DNA from: Candidatus Poribacteria bacterium
GTDB lineage: Bacteria > Poribacteria > WGA-4E > WGA-3G
Reading direction: 5' to 3'
Length of the DNA: 64,000 nt
NCBI GenBank assembly: GCA_965200395.1
Contig: CBDAUH010000002.1
Coordinates: 77,246 to 141,245, forward strand
Below the pieces are notes generated by a model. The model searched no databases, was not told where the DNA came from, and saw only the letters and a program-made list of their open reading frames with translations. This document shows, piece after piece, positions 51,666 through 61,883 of this stretch (position 1 is its first letter; every line of letters starts with the position of its first letter). Both the position numbers and the translations under genes were made by a program.

Positions 51666-51986
51666 AGGAGCACAAACTTTTTTAGAGCGGTTTGTAACCC
51701 TGACTTCAACCGAAATCGCGTAAGTCCTAAAAACCATAAATGCCAACAAGTATTAATCTTTCAAAGCAGTTGTAATTGCGCGTGACGAGGGAGAACCCCA
51801 TCCTTGTACCAACATGCTCCATCTTCCTGCTGGACCCCCTGCCACCATAAGTAACAGATCTCCTTCAGAATATTGACTCGTTGTTTTAGCGATGTATTCA
51901 CGGATGTCTGATTTACTGAACCCATCACCTGAAAGCGTCTTTGCATGTTCAATACCGATGACTAAGAGGGTTTCCCCCCTACTATT

Positions 51987-53325
51987 CTCACTTACCCCCA
52001 TTTTTGTATGCGGTATGTGTAGGCGTGTGTGTGTATAGAAATAAGTTGGAAAGTCTGATGGGTTATGGTAGAATACCTCCATATAAAATAATGTCGGTGA
52101 AAAACCGGCAGGGAGGTATTCTTATGAAATATACCCTTAGTTGGGTACATCCCAGAAAGATTATAACAGGTTTTCGTAAAGTTTTCAACGGGGTTTGTAT
52201 CAAAAAACCGACGCTCCGCAACTTTTATTTGATGCTACAGGCTGTGTGTGTAGCCCCAAGTTTTCGTATTCAATCGATTGCCTCACATCTACCTATCCGT
52301 GTGAAACACGACAAGTCTAAGCAAAAGCGTGTGTTGCGGTTTATTGACACCTATTTTCCGGTTGCAGCGGTGAAGGGTGCTTGGTTGTCACATATAGTTG
52401 TCAGTGTGTGTCGTTCTGTGGGGATGCAGCATCTGCTTGTGCTGATAGACGAGACAGATTTACCGGGCGGATGGAAGGCGATTGTTGCAGCCCTTCCGTT
52501 TCGCAATCGTGCGATCCCGCTCTATTGGGTTCTGTATAAAAATGAGATGCTCAAAGATGGCACCTATCAAGGACATAACGATTTAGTTCAGCAGTTCTGT
52601 TGTGATGTCCATAGTCGCGTTGTTAAAGTGTTAGGGGATAGTCGGGAGCCTGTGTTGGTTTTTGACAGAGGGTTCGCCCGAGCGAGAGCGATCCTCAAGT
52701 TTTTTGAGGGGCAAGGCATCTGCTACTTGATGCGTGTGCCACGCAATGTTGGTGTGCGTATAGCAGGCAACAAGCAGTGCCTTGAAGAAGTGGCAAATGG
52801 TTTTTACCCACAAGTGCTTTATCACTACACGGAGCAGGTGCCTGTGGCACTCTATGTTGGGGGACAGCACACCAAGAAAGACCCGTTATATCTTATCTCC
52901 AATCGGCTTCAGGGGAACCCCCTGCGAACTTGCTACAAGCGGCGGACACAGATTGAACACGGGTTCAGAGACTTGAAAACGAACTTCGGTTTCAAAGCAC
53001 TCGTTTTGAGAAAGAACGAACAGCCCCGGATGGAAGTTCTGTTTTTGTTGGCAGTCGTGGCTTATGGTTTGGCGTTCCTGTGTTATGAAAAAGCTGCGGA
53101 CAGATGGGCAAAAACTTTACACCCTACGCGGAAAGTTTACTCCGTGATCAGTGTCATCAACCGTATGATCCGCGAGGTGTGGACGCAGGAGGCGTTGCTC
53201 TTGTTCACCGAGAGGACTTGTTTGAGAGATATAAACTTTCTCACCGCAGAAGAACTGACATGACAACATTGGAAACCTATGAACACAACTACACACGCAT
53301 TCAAAAAAAAATGGGGGTAAGTGCG
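51987..53325 (+). mobile_element. IS4-family insertion sequence (1339 bp)
   Basis: IR CACTTACCCCCATTTTT / AAAAATGGGGGTAAGTG; 9-bp TSD CCTACTATT at 51978-51986 and 53326-53334. Confidence 0.9.
52124..53263 (+). CDS. IS4-family DDE transposase
   Basis: LIDETD, RAIPLYW, LVFDRGF, YKRRTQIEHGFRDLK; ATG 52124 after GGAGG. Confidence 0.88.
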   Translation: MKYTLSWVHPRKIITGFRKVFNGVCIKKPTLRNFYLMLQAVCVAPSFRIQSIASHLPIRVKHDKSKQKRVLRFIDTYFPVAAVKGAWLSHIVVSVCRSVGMQHLLVLIDETDLPGGWKAIVAALPFRNRAIPLYWVLYKNEMLKDGTYQGHNDLVQQFCCDVHSRVVKVLGDSREPVLVFDRGFARARAILKFFEGQGICYLMRVPRNVGVRIAGNKQCLEEVANGFYPQVLYHYTEQVPVALYVGGQHTKKDPLYLISNRLQGNPLRTCYKRRTQIEHGFRDLKTNFGFKALVLRKNEQPRMEVLFLLAVVAYGLAFLCYEKAADRWAKTLHPTRKVYSVISVINRMIREVWTQEALLLFTERTCLRDINFLTAEELT

Positions 53326-54067
53326 CCTACTATTGCCCGATGCTGCCATATTTTGACAGATTGTCGTGAGAATACCCTCTGCAGTATTGCTTCCGTGATC
53401 GTTGATACTCTGAGGACCTGCCCCAGCAAAAACGGTTACAGTGCTATCTTCAGGTTCAAAACCGCGTTCTACATGCAATGGTTCCCACGGGTTTTCCTCA
53501 CCTTCAATTTCAGCAATACAGCACGTATATTTACCAATATGTCCAAATGCAGCGCGGTCTAATTCCGCAGGCAATGCACCACCTATGTTTGTACAGATGA
53601 GTCTGACTGCTCTGCCAATAGTAGCATTTGCACGCCATCCTTGTCCAAATAAATTGAAACCGTCATTGATATCCAATGCTTTCCGGATCGGACCATTTAT
53701 CACAAGCATGGGTGCAACATGGGATGTCGTAACCTGTACCCCGTGTAGATTGAATCTTTCATCTACCATCGCCTCAACAGCAGCCAAAACAATTGGTAGA
53801 TATTCCGGGAGACAACCAGCCATCACAGCATTAATTGCTATCCGTTCAACAGTGGCTTTTCCCCATTTCGGTGGAAGCGGTGCGATCAATTCGTCAGGGG
53901 AACGTCTGGTACCGCTAAGCATCCTTTCAACGCGTTCAGGCGTTGGTGGGACGACTGGAAGTCCATCTGTCCATCCGTTCTGATAGCATGCTTCTATCGG
54001 GTCAACCGTCTCATCTATTGAAACTTGTTCAGTGTGCCATTGCTGTGCCATTTTTCCTCAATTATGG

Positions 54068-54158
54068 TTGTAGCACAAACTGTCTAGTTTGTGTCTCTTC
54101 GTAGCATAACCTTTCCAGGTTGTGCATATTCGTAGCATAACCTTTCCAGCACGTTAAG
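54068..54158. repeat. Three tandem 31-bp GTAG-type REP units (last one truncated) ending in CACGTTAAG
   Basis: GTAG at 54070, 54101, 54132. Confidence 0.85.
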
Positions 54159-54212
54159 TATAACATATACCACAAATCTGCTTAAACTTAATTTTGAACT
54201 ACCGTAAAGGTT

Positions 54213-56792
54213 TCATGAACGTCTCATATCAATACGCCTTAACATAATATCAATGAGCAATAGAATAATAACAGCGATAAGAAATGGTCGCCATAAGTGA
54301 ATCCGTAGCGTAACTGGGTTCTCAGGTGACCGAAATGCTTCCTCAGCAGCGATGTTGAATTTCCCACCAGAAACTGACGAGACCTGTCCCAGCAGTTCTT
54401 CATTTGCATTGTGAACCATATATTCTTCAGGATAGGAGACAACTGTGCCCGCAATTTGTGTGTTGACGATTTTTCCTGCCTGCTTTTGTGTGATGTTTAA
54501 AAAATAAGGACCTACTTCTGCCGTAGGAAATTCAAGTTCATACCGCCCCGGCGATGTCTGTGAGATTGAGAGTTCTCTCTTTTTTAGATCAGGACCAATG
54601 AGCGAAATTTGGCTGTCCAATTCATTCAAAAATTGTCCAGTTTCACTCAGTGCGTCAATTGCAAGATGTGCGACCCCTTTTTCTTTAGTGATCGCTGCTT
54701 GGAAATTACTGAGGGTTGTCTTTCGCATCGTGTCGCGAACAAGTTGCGTCCAGAACTTACTGTAACCCGCCCATTCTAACCAGTCTGTTGCCCATCGTGC
54801 TTTTGCATCGGAGGTGAATGCAACAGACCTCCCCAAACCGTATTGCCAACTTGCAAGAATCGGGTCTCCGCGGTCAGAGACAAGGAAAATCTCGGCGGTA
54901 GGACGTGGTTGGGTTGCAACATACCCCAGTAGAAACGGAGCAAGTTCAAGATCAATACCGCTTAGGACTTGTGTCGGTTTAATGCGTTGCGGAATGAAGG
55001 GGATGTCGATAATTGCAGATTGTGAAGCGGTGACAGTCTCCTTAGCGAAAATCTGCGGCACATTATACGGGTCTTGTGTAAAATACTCGCGCCCCCCACC
55101 CCACTGAGCAAGGTTACCCAACAAATTCATGTCTGCACCACTACCGATACCGACAGTGGATATGGTAATCCGTTCTGAATGCATAGAATTTGCAATGCCA
55201 TACCAATCGCCATCTTGTGAATGCCCATCACTGAGAACGATGACATGTTTTAGTTTTGCTGTTGTCTCAGTCAAAGCAAAATATGCTTGTTGGAGTGCAG
55301 GATAGAGATTTGTGCCCCCGCTTGCTGTAATTGAAGCGACCTGATTTGATACAAATTGTTTATCTGATGCGTCGTGCATCTCGGTAATCCAAAAGGGAGA
55401 ACCGTCAAAAGCGATGACACCGATCTTATCGCGCGGCCCCAGCAGTTCTACAGTCGCGCGAGCGGCTTCCTTAGCTAACTCTATCTTGATTCCACCCATA
55501 CTTCCAGATTTGTCAATCACCAGAACCATCGCTAACGATGGTGTCTCCTTCTTCTTTTTTGTATCGGTGCGGACAGGCAATATTTCCTCAATCGGCGTTT
55601 TGTAGTAGCCACCCAATCCATAACTATTCTCACTACCCAGCATCATAAAACCCCCGCCGAGGTCTTGCACATAAGTACGGATAAGTGCCATCTGTTTCTC
55701 GGTCAAACGGTTTGCTGGCACATCACTGAAGATAATCAGTTCATAGTTCTGTAGGTCAGCCAGCTCAGTGGGAACCCCCAATCCATTACGGACATCAACC
55801 CGTATCTTTGCTTCTTCAAGTGCTCGCACTAAATATCGGGTTTGCGATTCGTTCTCATCTATAAGTAATACCTTCGGTTGACCAGAGACAGATACGATAC
55901 CGAGTGCTTTGTTATTATCATAACGTGTATCCTGTGTTGTTCGAATAGTCGCATCATAAGTCAATGTTCCGCTATCTTCATGTGTTTCTGTGAATAAAAC
56001 TCGATTTTCACCTTCAACAAGACGCACCTCTTTTTTAGATGCCTCAAATTTGTTTTTATAGAGACGGATTTCTGCAATATCCTCATGGTTACTATGGACA
56101 ATCACTTCTAAACTGAATGGTGCCCCTTGTTTAACTTGAGCAGGCGCATCTATTCTTTGCACCATCACCTCTGGGGCATCACTCGGATATATGGGAACCG
56201 TGTCGATATGTATATCAAACGCTTTCCCACGCAGAGCGGTGTGAACAGCATCACCTTGTGTTTCTAAACCATCCGTTATCAGCACAATCCGTTTATTGGC
56301 ATTTGCAGGAAAGACACTCCAGGCAGTTTCAATCGCTTGTGCAATGTTTGTTGTGTCACCAGCATCCTCATCCTCTTCTAACCAACTATTCCTGATTTCA
56401 GAAAGATTGAATTCGTCATCCATTTCATTCCAATTGTTGCCTTCAAGAGACTTAAGTATCTCTGCCTTTTCCGTAAATGCTATAATTCCAGTTTGTTGAT
56501 TTCTATCGTTGTTATCTATTGCTTCTTTGACAAAATCAGTCGTAGTTTTCAAACCATCATCTGAAATGCTGTCAGATATATCTGTTAGGAACATCACAGC
56601 CAGTTTATCATCAGTTTTCAGATATTGCAGATCTGCCACACTTAATATCAACAGTAGAACAATAATTACTCGGACACATAAACTAATTATTCTTTCTGTC
56701 CGAGACATATCTACAAGACTGCGGCGAAATCCGTAGTATAGAACAGGCAGTAATAGTAAGAGTAAAAGTAAAACAGGACGTGTTATTTCCAT
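54213..56792 (-). CDS. Membrane-anchored double vWA + GATase1-like domain protein
   Basis: MIDAS DISDS and DKSGSM, VLITDG / IVLSDG, GGGFMMLG....GLGGY..TPIEEILPV, WQYGLGRSVAFTSD; N- and C-terminal TMs. Confidence 0.82.
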   Translation of the reverse strand: MEITRPVLLLLLLLLPVLYYGFRRSLVDMSRTERIISLCVRVIIVLLLILSVADLQYLKTDDKLAVMFLTDISDSISDDGLKTTTDFVKEAIDNNDRNQQTGIIAFTEKAEILKSLEGNNWNEMDDEFNLSEIRNSWLEEDEDAGDTTNIAQAIETAWSVFPANANKRIVLITDGLETQGDAVHTALRGKAFDIHIDTVPIYPSDAPEVMVQRIDAPAQVKQGAPFSLEVIVHSNHEDIAEIRLYKNKFEASKKEVRLVEGENRVLFTETHEDSGTLTYDATIRTTQDTRYDNNKALGIVSVSGQPKVLLIDENESQTRYLVRALEEAKIRVDVRNGLGVPTELADLQNYELIIFSDVPANRLTEKQMALIRTYVQDLGGGFMMLGSENSYGLGGYYKTPIEEILPVRTDTKKKKETPSLAMVLVIDKSGSMGGIKIELAKEAARATVELLGPRDKIGVIAFDGSPFWITEMHDASDKQFVSNQVASITASGGTNLYPALQQAYFALTETTAKLKHVIVLSDGHSQDGDWYGIANSMHSERITISTVGIGSGADMNLLGNLAQWGGGREYFTQDPYNVPQIFAKETVTASQSAIIDIPFIPQRIKPTQVLSGIDLELAPFLLGYVATQPRPTAEIFLVSDRGDPILASWQYGLGRSVAFTSDAKARWATDWLEWAGYSKFWTQLVRDTMRKTTLSNFQAAITKEKGVAHLAIDALSETGQFLNELDSQISLIGPDLKKRELSISQTSPGRYELEFPTAEVGPYFLNITQKQAGKIVNTQIAGTVVSYPEEYMVHNANEELLGQVSSVSGGKFNIAAEEAFRSPENPVTLRIHLWRPFLIAVIILLLIDIMLRRIDMRRS

Positions 56793-56886
56793 AGTTATGA
56801 CAACGTAACATATTTTCTGTAAAGACCAAATGTTCTATCCAGAATATCTCCAACATCCACCGGTTTGAGTTCAGGTGTTTCTAACA

Positions 56887-57636
56887 TTAATTCTCCATAA
56901 ACCGTTTTATAGAAAACCGTCTTGGTTTCATAACAAGAAAAACCATTACAATTGACAATAGACAGCAAACTACTATTGCACCCTCAACCCTTTTCATACT
57001 GTAGTCGAACCGTTCCACCCAAGTTAGTTGTATCATAGTCATAGATACTTCTACCTCAAACTTGCCTAGTTCATTGGTGAAAACTGATCTTACTGATTCC
57101 AGTGTTTCTGATATTTCTTCAAAGGAATCGTATAATCTACTGATTGATTGTGAAGGTATGGTTGATGTGGTAGCACTTTGCCCATCAGTATGTAAGGTTT
57201 GCAATTGAGATGTTACATCCTCCAAACCTAGTTTTAATTCAATCAGTTTTTCTTTCAGCTCGGTATCTGAATCAACCGATGGTTCATGGTGTGATGCATC
57301 TGCCTTAGGTAGTTTAATCGGATCTGCATCAAGTTTTATCGCTTGATTCAATTTTTCGATTGTCTTGTCTATTACCTCAGTCAGAGATGCAAAATCTACA
57401 GTCTCTTTTTGTTGGTATAAATCAACTTTATTGAAAGCAACACTTGATTCTGAGACCATATTAGTTGCTTCAAGGACTAATTTATGGTATTCGCTCTGTT
57501 TTTGATCGTGTTGTATCCGTTCCTTTACCGATTGTCCATTTATGTCCAATTGTGTTTGTGTTGATGAAATAATTACATACAAGACTATATATGAAAGTAT
57601 CACTACTCCAATAACTTTAAGCATTTGCCTATTCAT
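56887..57636 (-). CDS. Hypothetical two-TM protein with helical extracytoplasmic domain
   Basis: 249-aa ORF, hydrophobic segments at both termini. Confidence 0.55.
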   Translation of the reverse strand: MNRQMLKVIGVVILSYIVLYVIISSTQTQLDINGQSVKERIQHDQKQSEYHKLVLEATNMVSESSVAFNKVDLYQQKETVDFASLTEVIDKTIEKLNQAIKLDADPIKLPKADASHHEPSVDSDTELKEKLIELKLGLEDVTSQLQTLHTDGQSATTSTIPSQSISRLYDSFEEISETLESVRSVFTNELGKFEVEVSMTMIQLTWVERFDYSMKRVEGAIVVCCLLSIVMVFLVMKPRRFSIKRFMEN

Positions 57637-58413
57637 ACATATTCACCTATGATTTGTTAGTGATTTCTGCAATTAGTGTCTTCAAATTTACGAACTTAAC
57701 CGAGATACCGTTATATGCTTTCGTATAGGGTCTATCTACATCATGTGCCACCACAAAATTTGATCCTTCAGGATATTGCCTACGGAATGATAGGAGTTGA
57801 CGAGGTGAAAATCCGTCTGCAGCCCACTTACACTCGACAGTTATAGGCATCTCACGAGTGCGGGTGAGAACGAAATCTATCTCATGCCCTCTTTTGTCTC
57901 GCCAATATTGTATCTCACGCGACTGTGTTCGCGCCATAATTTCGTTTAGAACAAAATGCTCCCACAGCAGTCCAAGGTCATCTTGTCTTAGCTGCGTCCA
58001 TCCTCGATAATAGCAAACAAACCCAGTATCAAATCCATAGACTTTTGGTGCCGCAACAATTTCTGTTGAACGCCGTGAACTGAACGGCCTGATGATGTGA
58101 ACAACAAAAGTTGCCTCTAAAATAGAGAGATAGTTCGATATTGTCCCACGACTCACCTCACATGGTGCTGCAAATTTTGTTGCCTCAAAAATCCCACCAC
58201 TCTGTAACATGAGTAGTTCTGTAAATTTCTGAAACGAATATCGGCGCTCAAGCCTAAAGAGTTCTTGTATATCCCTCGCCCAATACGCATCTATCCATTC
58301 TTGATAATCGTTCTCTGGATATTCTGACTGTAATAGAAACGGAGGTAGGCCACCGTGTAATAAGCGACGCTGTATATTTAACTGATTGAAATCATGTAGG
58401 TCATCCGTTATTA

Positions 58414-59319
58414 TGGTAAAATATAAAGTTTTCTATACATATTTTTCTATTTGTGGTATAATACCCGGTATTATGGCATATTCAACAGACCTGCGAAAAC
58501 GCGTGCTTGATTTCATTGATAACGGCGGCAGCAAAGTAAAAGCTGCGAAACTTTTCAATATCTCACGCGATGTTATTTACAAATGGCTCAACGCACCAGA
58601 CCCACTCGCCCCGAAAAAATCAGGACCTAAAGGTCCCAGATGTATTGACTACAAGGCACTCACACAACAAGTAAAAGATTTCCCCGATCAAACTATACAG
58701 GAGCGCGCAGATCATTTCGGCGTTTCCTACTATTGTATTTGGTATGGACTGCGAAAACTCGGTATCTCGCGAAAAAAAGACACTCGGCTATAAGGAACGA
58801 TGTGATCACAAGCGAGAAACTTATCGTGAACAACTCGCTGCTGCAAAGGAAAACGGAAAATCCTTAGTTTTTATTGATGAGAGTGGTTTTCGGTCAGAAA
58901 GTTTCAGGCGTTTCGGGTATGCTCCGAAAGGTGAACCTGTTTTTGACCTTATATCCAGTCAAAGAAACCGCACCACAACTTTGTTAGCTGCACGTATAGA
59001 TGAGGCGTTTACAGCCCCTATACTATTTGAGGGGAGTTGTAATGCGGAGCGTTTCAACACTTGGCTTGAGCATGAGTTATGCCCGCGTTTAGATGAAAAC
59101 CATCTTGTTATCTTGGATAACGCACGCATCCATAAAACACACCGCACCCGGGATCTTATAGGGGCATCGGGTGCCTCCCTATTGTATTTGCCGCCTTATT
59201 CACCGGACTATAACCCAATTGAACATGATTTTGCGAACATCAAACGCTTACGAGAATATAATAAAGATAAAACACTTCAGGATATAATCAATATGTATAA
59301 ATAATTCAAAACTCTACCA
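58414..59319 (+). mobile_element. IS630-family insertion sequence (906 bp)
   Basis: Ends TGGTAAAAT / ACTCTACCA; TA duplication at 58412-58413 and 59320-59321. Confidence 0.88.
58473..59304 (+). CDS. IS630 transposase in two overlapping ORFs joined at an A7 tract (58772-58778)
   Basis: ORF A MAYSTDLRKRV...LGISRKK; ORF B KKTLGYKER, FIDESGF, ILDNARIH, LPPYSPDYNPIE. Confidence 0.85.
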
Positions 59320-59706
59320 TATAGGCGTTAGCCATAATTCCGCCTTGCGTCCAGCAAGTGTGTCCCGGAATTTTGCACTTGCACCGAGCGTTGAAGAACC
59401 TGTTGCTACTATCTTAATTTGTGGATAATGATCAGCCGATATCTTTAACAATTCCGACGGGTTCGGTAACCGATGAATTTCATCAAGCACAATCCTGCCA
59501 CTTCCAATACTGTCCAGAAATCCTTGCGGATCTTCCATCAACCGTCTTATACGGGGAAGCTCACAGTCAAAATACGCAATATCAGGCAATGTCTGGCACA
59601 AGCACGTTTTTCCAACGCGCCGCACTCCTGACAGCCACACGATCGACCGACGTTCCCACGCATTTTCTAATTGATTTAGCCAAAACTTTCTGTTTACCAT
59701 ACTGCT

Positions 59707-59757
59707 ATGGTATCAAATAGTGCTACTATATGTCAAGTCTACTTGCATATAGTAGCA
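59707..59757 (-). promoter_or_regulatory. Putative leaderless promoter overlapped by a 16-bp inverted repeat
   Basis: Minus strand TTGACA-18bp-TACCAT-6bp-ATG; IR TGCTACTATATG(T)CAAG-4bp-CTTGCATATAGTAGCA at 59721-59757. Confidence 0.55.
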
Positions 59758-59777
59758 GCTTATCATCAAAATATCGC

Positions 59778-61826
59778 TTATTCAATTCTTCTCCGTTGAT
59801 ATAAGAACCACTCCACAACGGTTAATACTACTGCCAACAGAACGAAATATATCCAAGGTGGATAACGGAAGAAAGAACCGCCGACCAATACTTCAGAATC
59901 CGTTAACAAATCTTCAACTTTATCGGTAAGACCGATATGTGATTCCGTTTCACTTGCTATGTTAACTGCCCACAACTGCTTCGGCTCCTCAAGCTCCGCT
60001 GTATCTGTATTTTGCTCATCAACATCGCCAATATTTGTGTCAATTACCTTGTAAAATCCAGCATGTTGTGTGTGTTCAAACAAGATGCTATCATTTTCAA
60101 TAGGTATGTCCCACGATTCCTCTCCTGGCCCCGTAATCGTCAAGGTTTGTTGCATATTTTCAGTAGGAGATTCTTCTACCTGTTCAGTCTCTGTGTTCGT
60201 TGGATACTCCGAGTCAATCTTATATCTTAACACTTCACCAGTCTGCAGGTGATATTCCGGTATGCCTTCGCTGTGTTGAAACCACTGGATCGTATTTGCA
60301 ATGATGACAGGGAATGCAATACGCAACGGCAAATCTGATTCCAAGATATTAATTGCAACAAAGACAACCTTTCTGTTTTGCGAAACATCAATGAACAGAA
60401 CAGGAGACTCAAACGAACGCGCCAAAATTTGTGCAGTAGAGGGTGGTGTAATCTGATATGCCTCTCCGATTAGCACATTCTCCAGATGGACGTGTTGCAG
60501 TATCGGATGTGTCCGTTCCCAATCCGTAATGATTGGCGTTTCAAGTGCTTCTCCGATGTCCCAAGTTAACGCAGAGTCTTGCACATCCGCCTCTGTTGTT
60601 TTCTCTGACTGGGGCGGATAGATAAACATATAATTGCCATCCCCTATACGCGTCGGACTGTATCTGTCAAAGATAACCACTTGTGCGGATTTTGGAGAGG
60701 ATTCATATTCCGATGGTTTTATAACGCTAAGGTTGAGTTTTTCATCAACGGAGAGCACTTTTTCTAAAAACGGATTCCCCTCCGTGACCAACAAAACAGA
60801 GATTTGCTCACGTTTCGGCAAGGTGGCATAAGCAACATTATCCGATGATAAAACATCAGTAGTGTCCAAAACCGCTTTCAATTCCCCACCTTCAAATGCA
60901 AAATTACTGAAGATTTCTGACTTCTTCTCACCTGGCGCAAGTGTGTAGGGCCGCACATCAAACAGACTGTCGTTGAAATACAATTCAACGCTGCATTTCT
61001 TCTCTTGATCAGATGCGTTAACAACAGTCAACAATATTTCGTAATCAAAGCTATTAACAATGCTTTTCCGCACGCGAAATTGTGTAATACCCACATTATC
61101 GTTATCTTCACCTATCCTAACCAGATGAAGTTTAGTTTTCTGCACACTTTCCTGTTCCGCATCAGCCTGCTGACCTTCTGATCGTGTGTTCTGAAATTGT
61201 GCGATTGTCTTCTCTGAAACTGCATGAAAGTCGCTCATTATTACGATTTCTGGGTTCAGTTTTGTTTCAGCGATTGTGGACGCTAAATCTACTGCCGGTT
61301 TCAGGTCCGTTCTAATATCAGTAGAATTAATTGACGCAATCGCTTCTCTCAACGTTTTCTGATGACTCTTAAAAGGTGTCCGAATTGTTGGCTGTTTATG
61401 ATTACTAATGACAGTCATCTCATCCATAAATCGTAGCCCTTGGACTAACTGCAATGACTGTTCCTTAGCGGAGTCCAACCGTGTTTCAGAAGCTGGATTA
61501 TCGGGATCAAGTTTCAGCACAGCATTCATACTTGCGGAGTTATCAATAATTAGAACTAACTGCCTTGCAGACTTCGTAACAAATGCGAACTGCGGTCTAG
61601 CAATAGCAAGCACCAATAGCGCGAGAAACAGTAGCTGTAACAATAACGACAACAGATGTTTTAGTCTTTGAAACAGAGATGTTGTTTGTCTCTCTTTGAA
61701 GAGTTGTTCCCAGAACATCAAGGTAGAGACAGGTTCGCGTCTCCGCCGTAGTTTAAGAATATACAGCGCGATGATCGGGATTGCAAGCGCAAATAGGAAT
61801 AGGGAGGTGGGTGACAAAAAATTCAT
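59778..61826 (-). CDS. BatA-domain / vWA membrane protein
   Basis: MNFLSP...PIIALYILKLRRR...VSTLMFW, LAIARP, IIDNSASM, DNVGI, C-terminal VVEWFLYQRR. Confidence 0.85.
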   Translation of the reverse strand: MNFLSPTSLFLFALAIPIIALYILKLRRRREPVSTLMFWEQLFKERQTTSLFQRLKHLLSLLLQLLFLALLVLAIARPQFAFVTKSARQLVLIIDNSASMNAVLKLDPDNPASETRLDSAKEQSLQLVQGLRFMDEMTVISNHKQPTIRTPFKSHQKTLREAIASINSTDIRTDLKPAVDLASTIAETKLNPEIVIMSDFHAVSEKTIAQFQNTRSEGQQADAEQESVQKTKLHLVRIGEDNDNVGITQFRVRKSIVNSFDYEILLTVVNASDQEKKCSVELYFNDSLFDVRPYTLAPGEKKSEIFSNFAFEGGELKAVLDTTDVLSSDNVAYATLPKREQISVLLVTEGNPFLEKVLSVDEKLNLSVIKPSEYESSPKSAQVVIFDRYSPTRIGDGNYMFIYPPQSEKTTEADVQDSALTWDIGEALETPIITDWERTHPILQHVHLENVLIGEAYQITPPSTAQILARSFESPVLFIDVSQNRKVVFVAINILESDLPLRIAFPVIIANTIQWFQHSEGIPEYHLQTGEVLRYKIDSEYPTNTETEQVEESPTENMQQTLTITGPGEESWDIPIENDSILFEHTQHAGFYKVIDTNIGDVDEQNTDTAELEEPKQLWAVNIASETESHIGLTDKVEDLLTDSEVLVGGSFFRYPPWIYFVLLAVVLTVVEWFLYQRRRIE

Positions 61827-61883
61827 CTATATTCATGGAAAATCTTATATCAAATAAAACTTATGCAAAATAAAATTGATTTG

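Larger units (their letters stand above)
51753..54051 (-). pseudogene. Conserved hypothetical protein (GWTDGLPVVPPT family) interrupted by an IS4-type element
   Basis: GWTDGLPVVPPTPERVERML, AINAVMAGCLPEY, RANATIGRA; removing 51987-53325 plus one TSD copy gives ASGNSR-GETLLVIG in frame (316 aa). Confidence 0.85.
57647..59700 (-). pseudogene. AAA_14 ATPase + DUF4143 (PD-(D/E)XK-like) protein interrupted by IS630
   Basis: GVRRVGKT, LDEIH, TGSS, LAGR; GGLP, PKVYGFDTG, YWRDKRGHEIDFV, VECK; removing the IS and one TA gives LTPI-ITDD in frame (381 aa). Confidence 0.9.

Noticed and set aside
51564-51749. N-terminal extension of the PhyH ORF (similarly 8132-8254, 21796-21861, 31422-31535, 52004-52123)
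   Set aside because: Extensions run through REPs, IS ends or upstream genes; better starts lie downstream, most with an RBS
51753-54051. Adjacent UGSC-type selenoprotein partner gene, often found with this family
   Set aside because: No such ORF or Sec/SECIS signal in the flanking sequence, which contains only REPs
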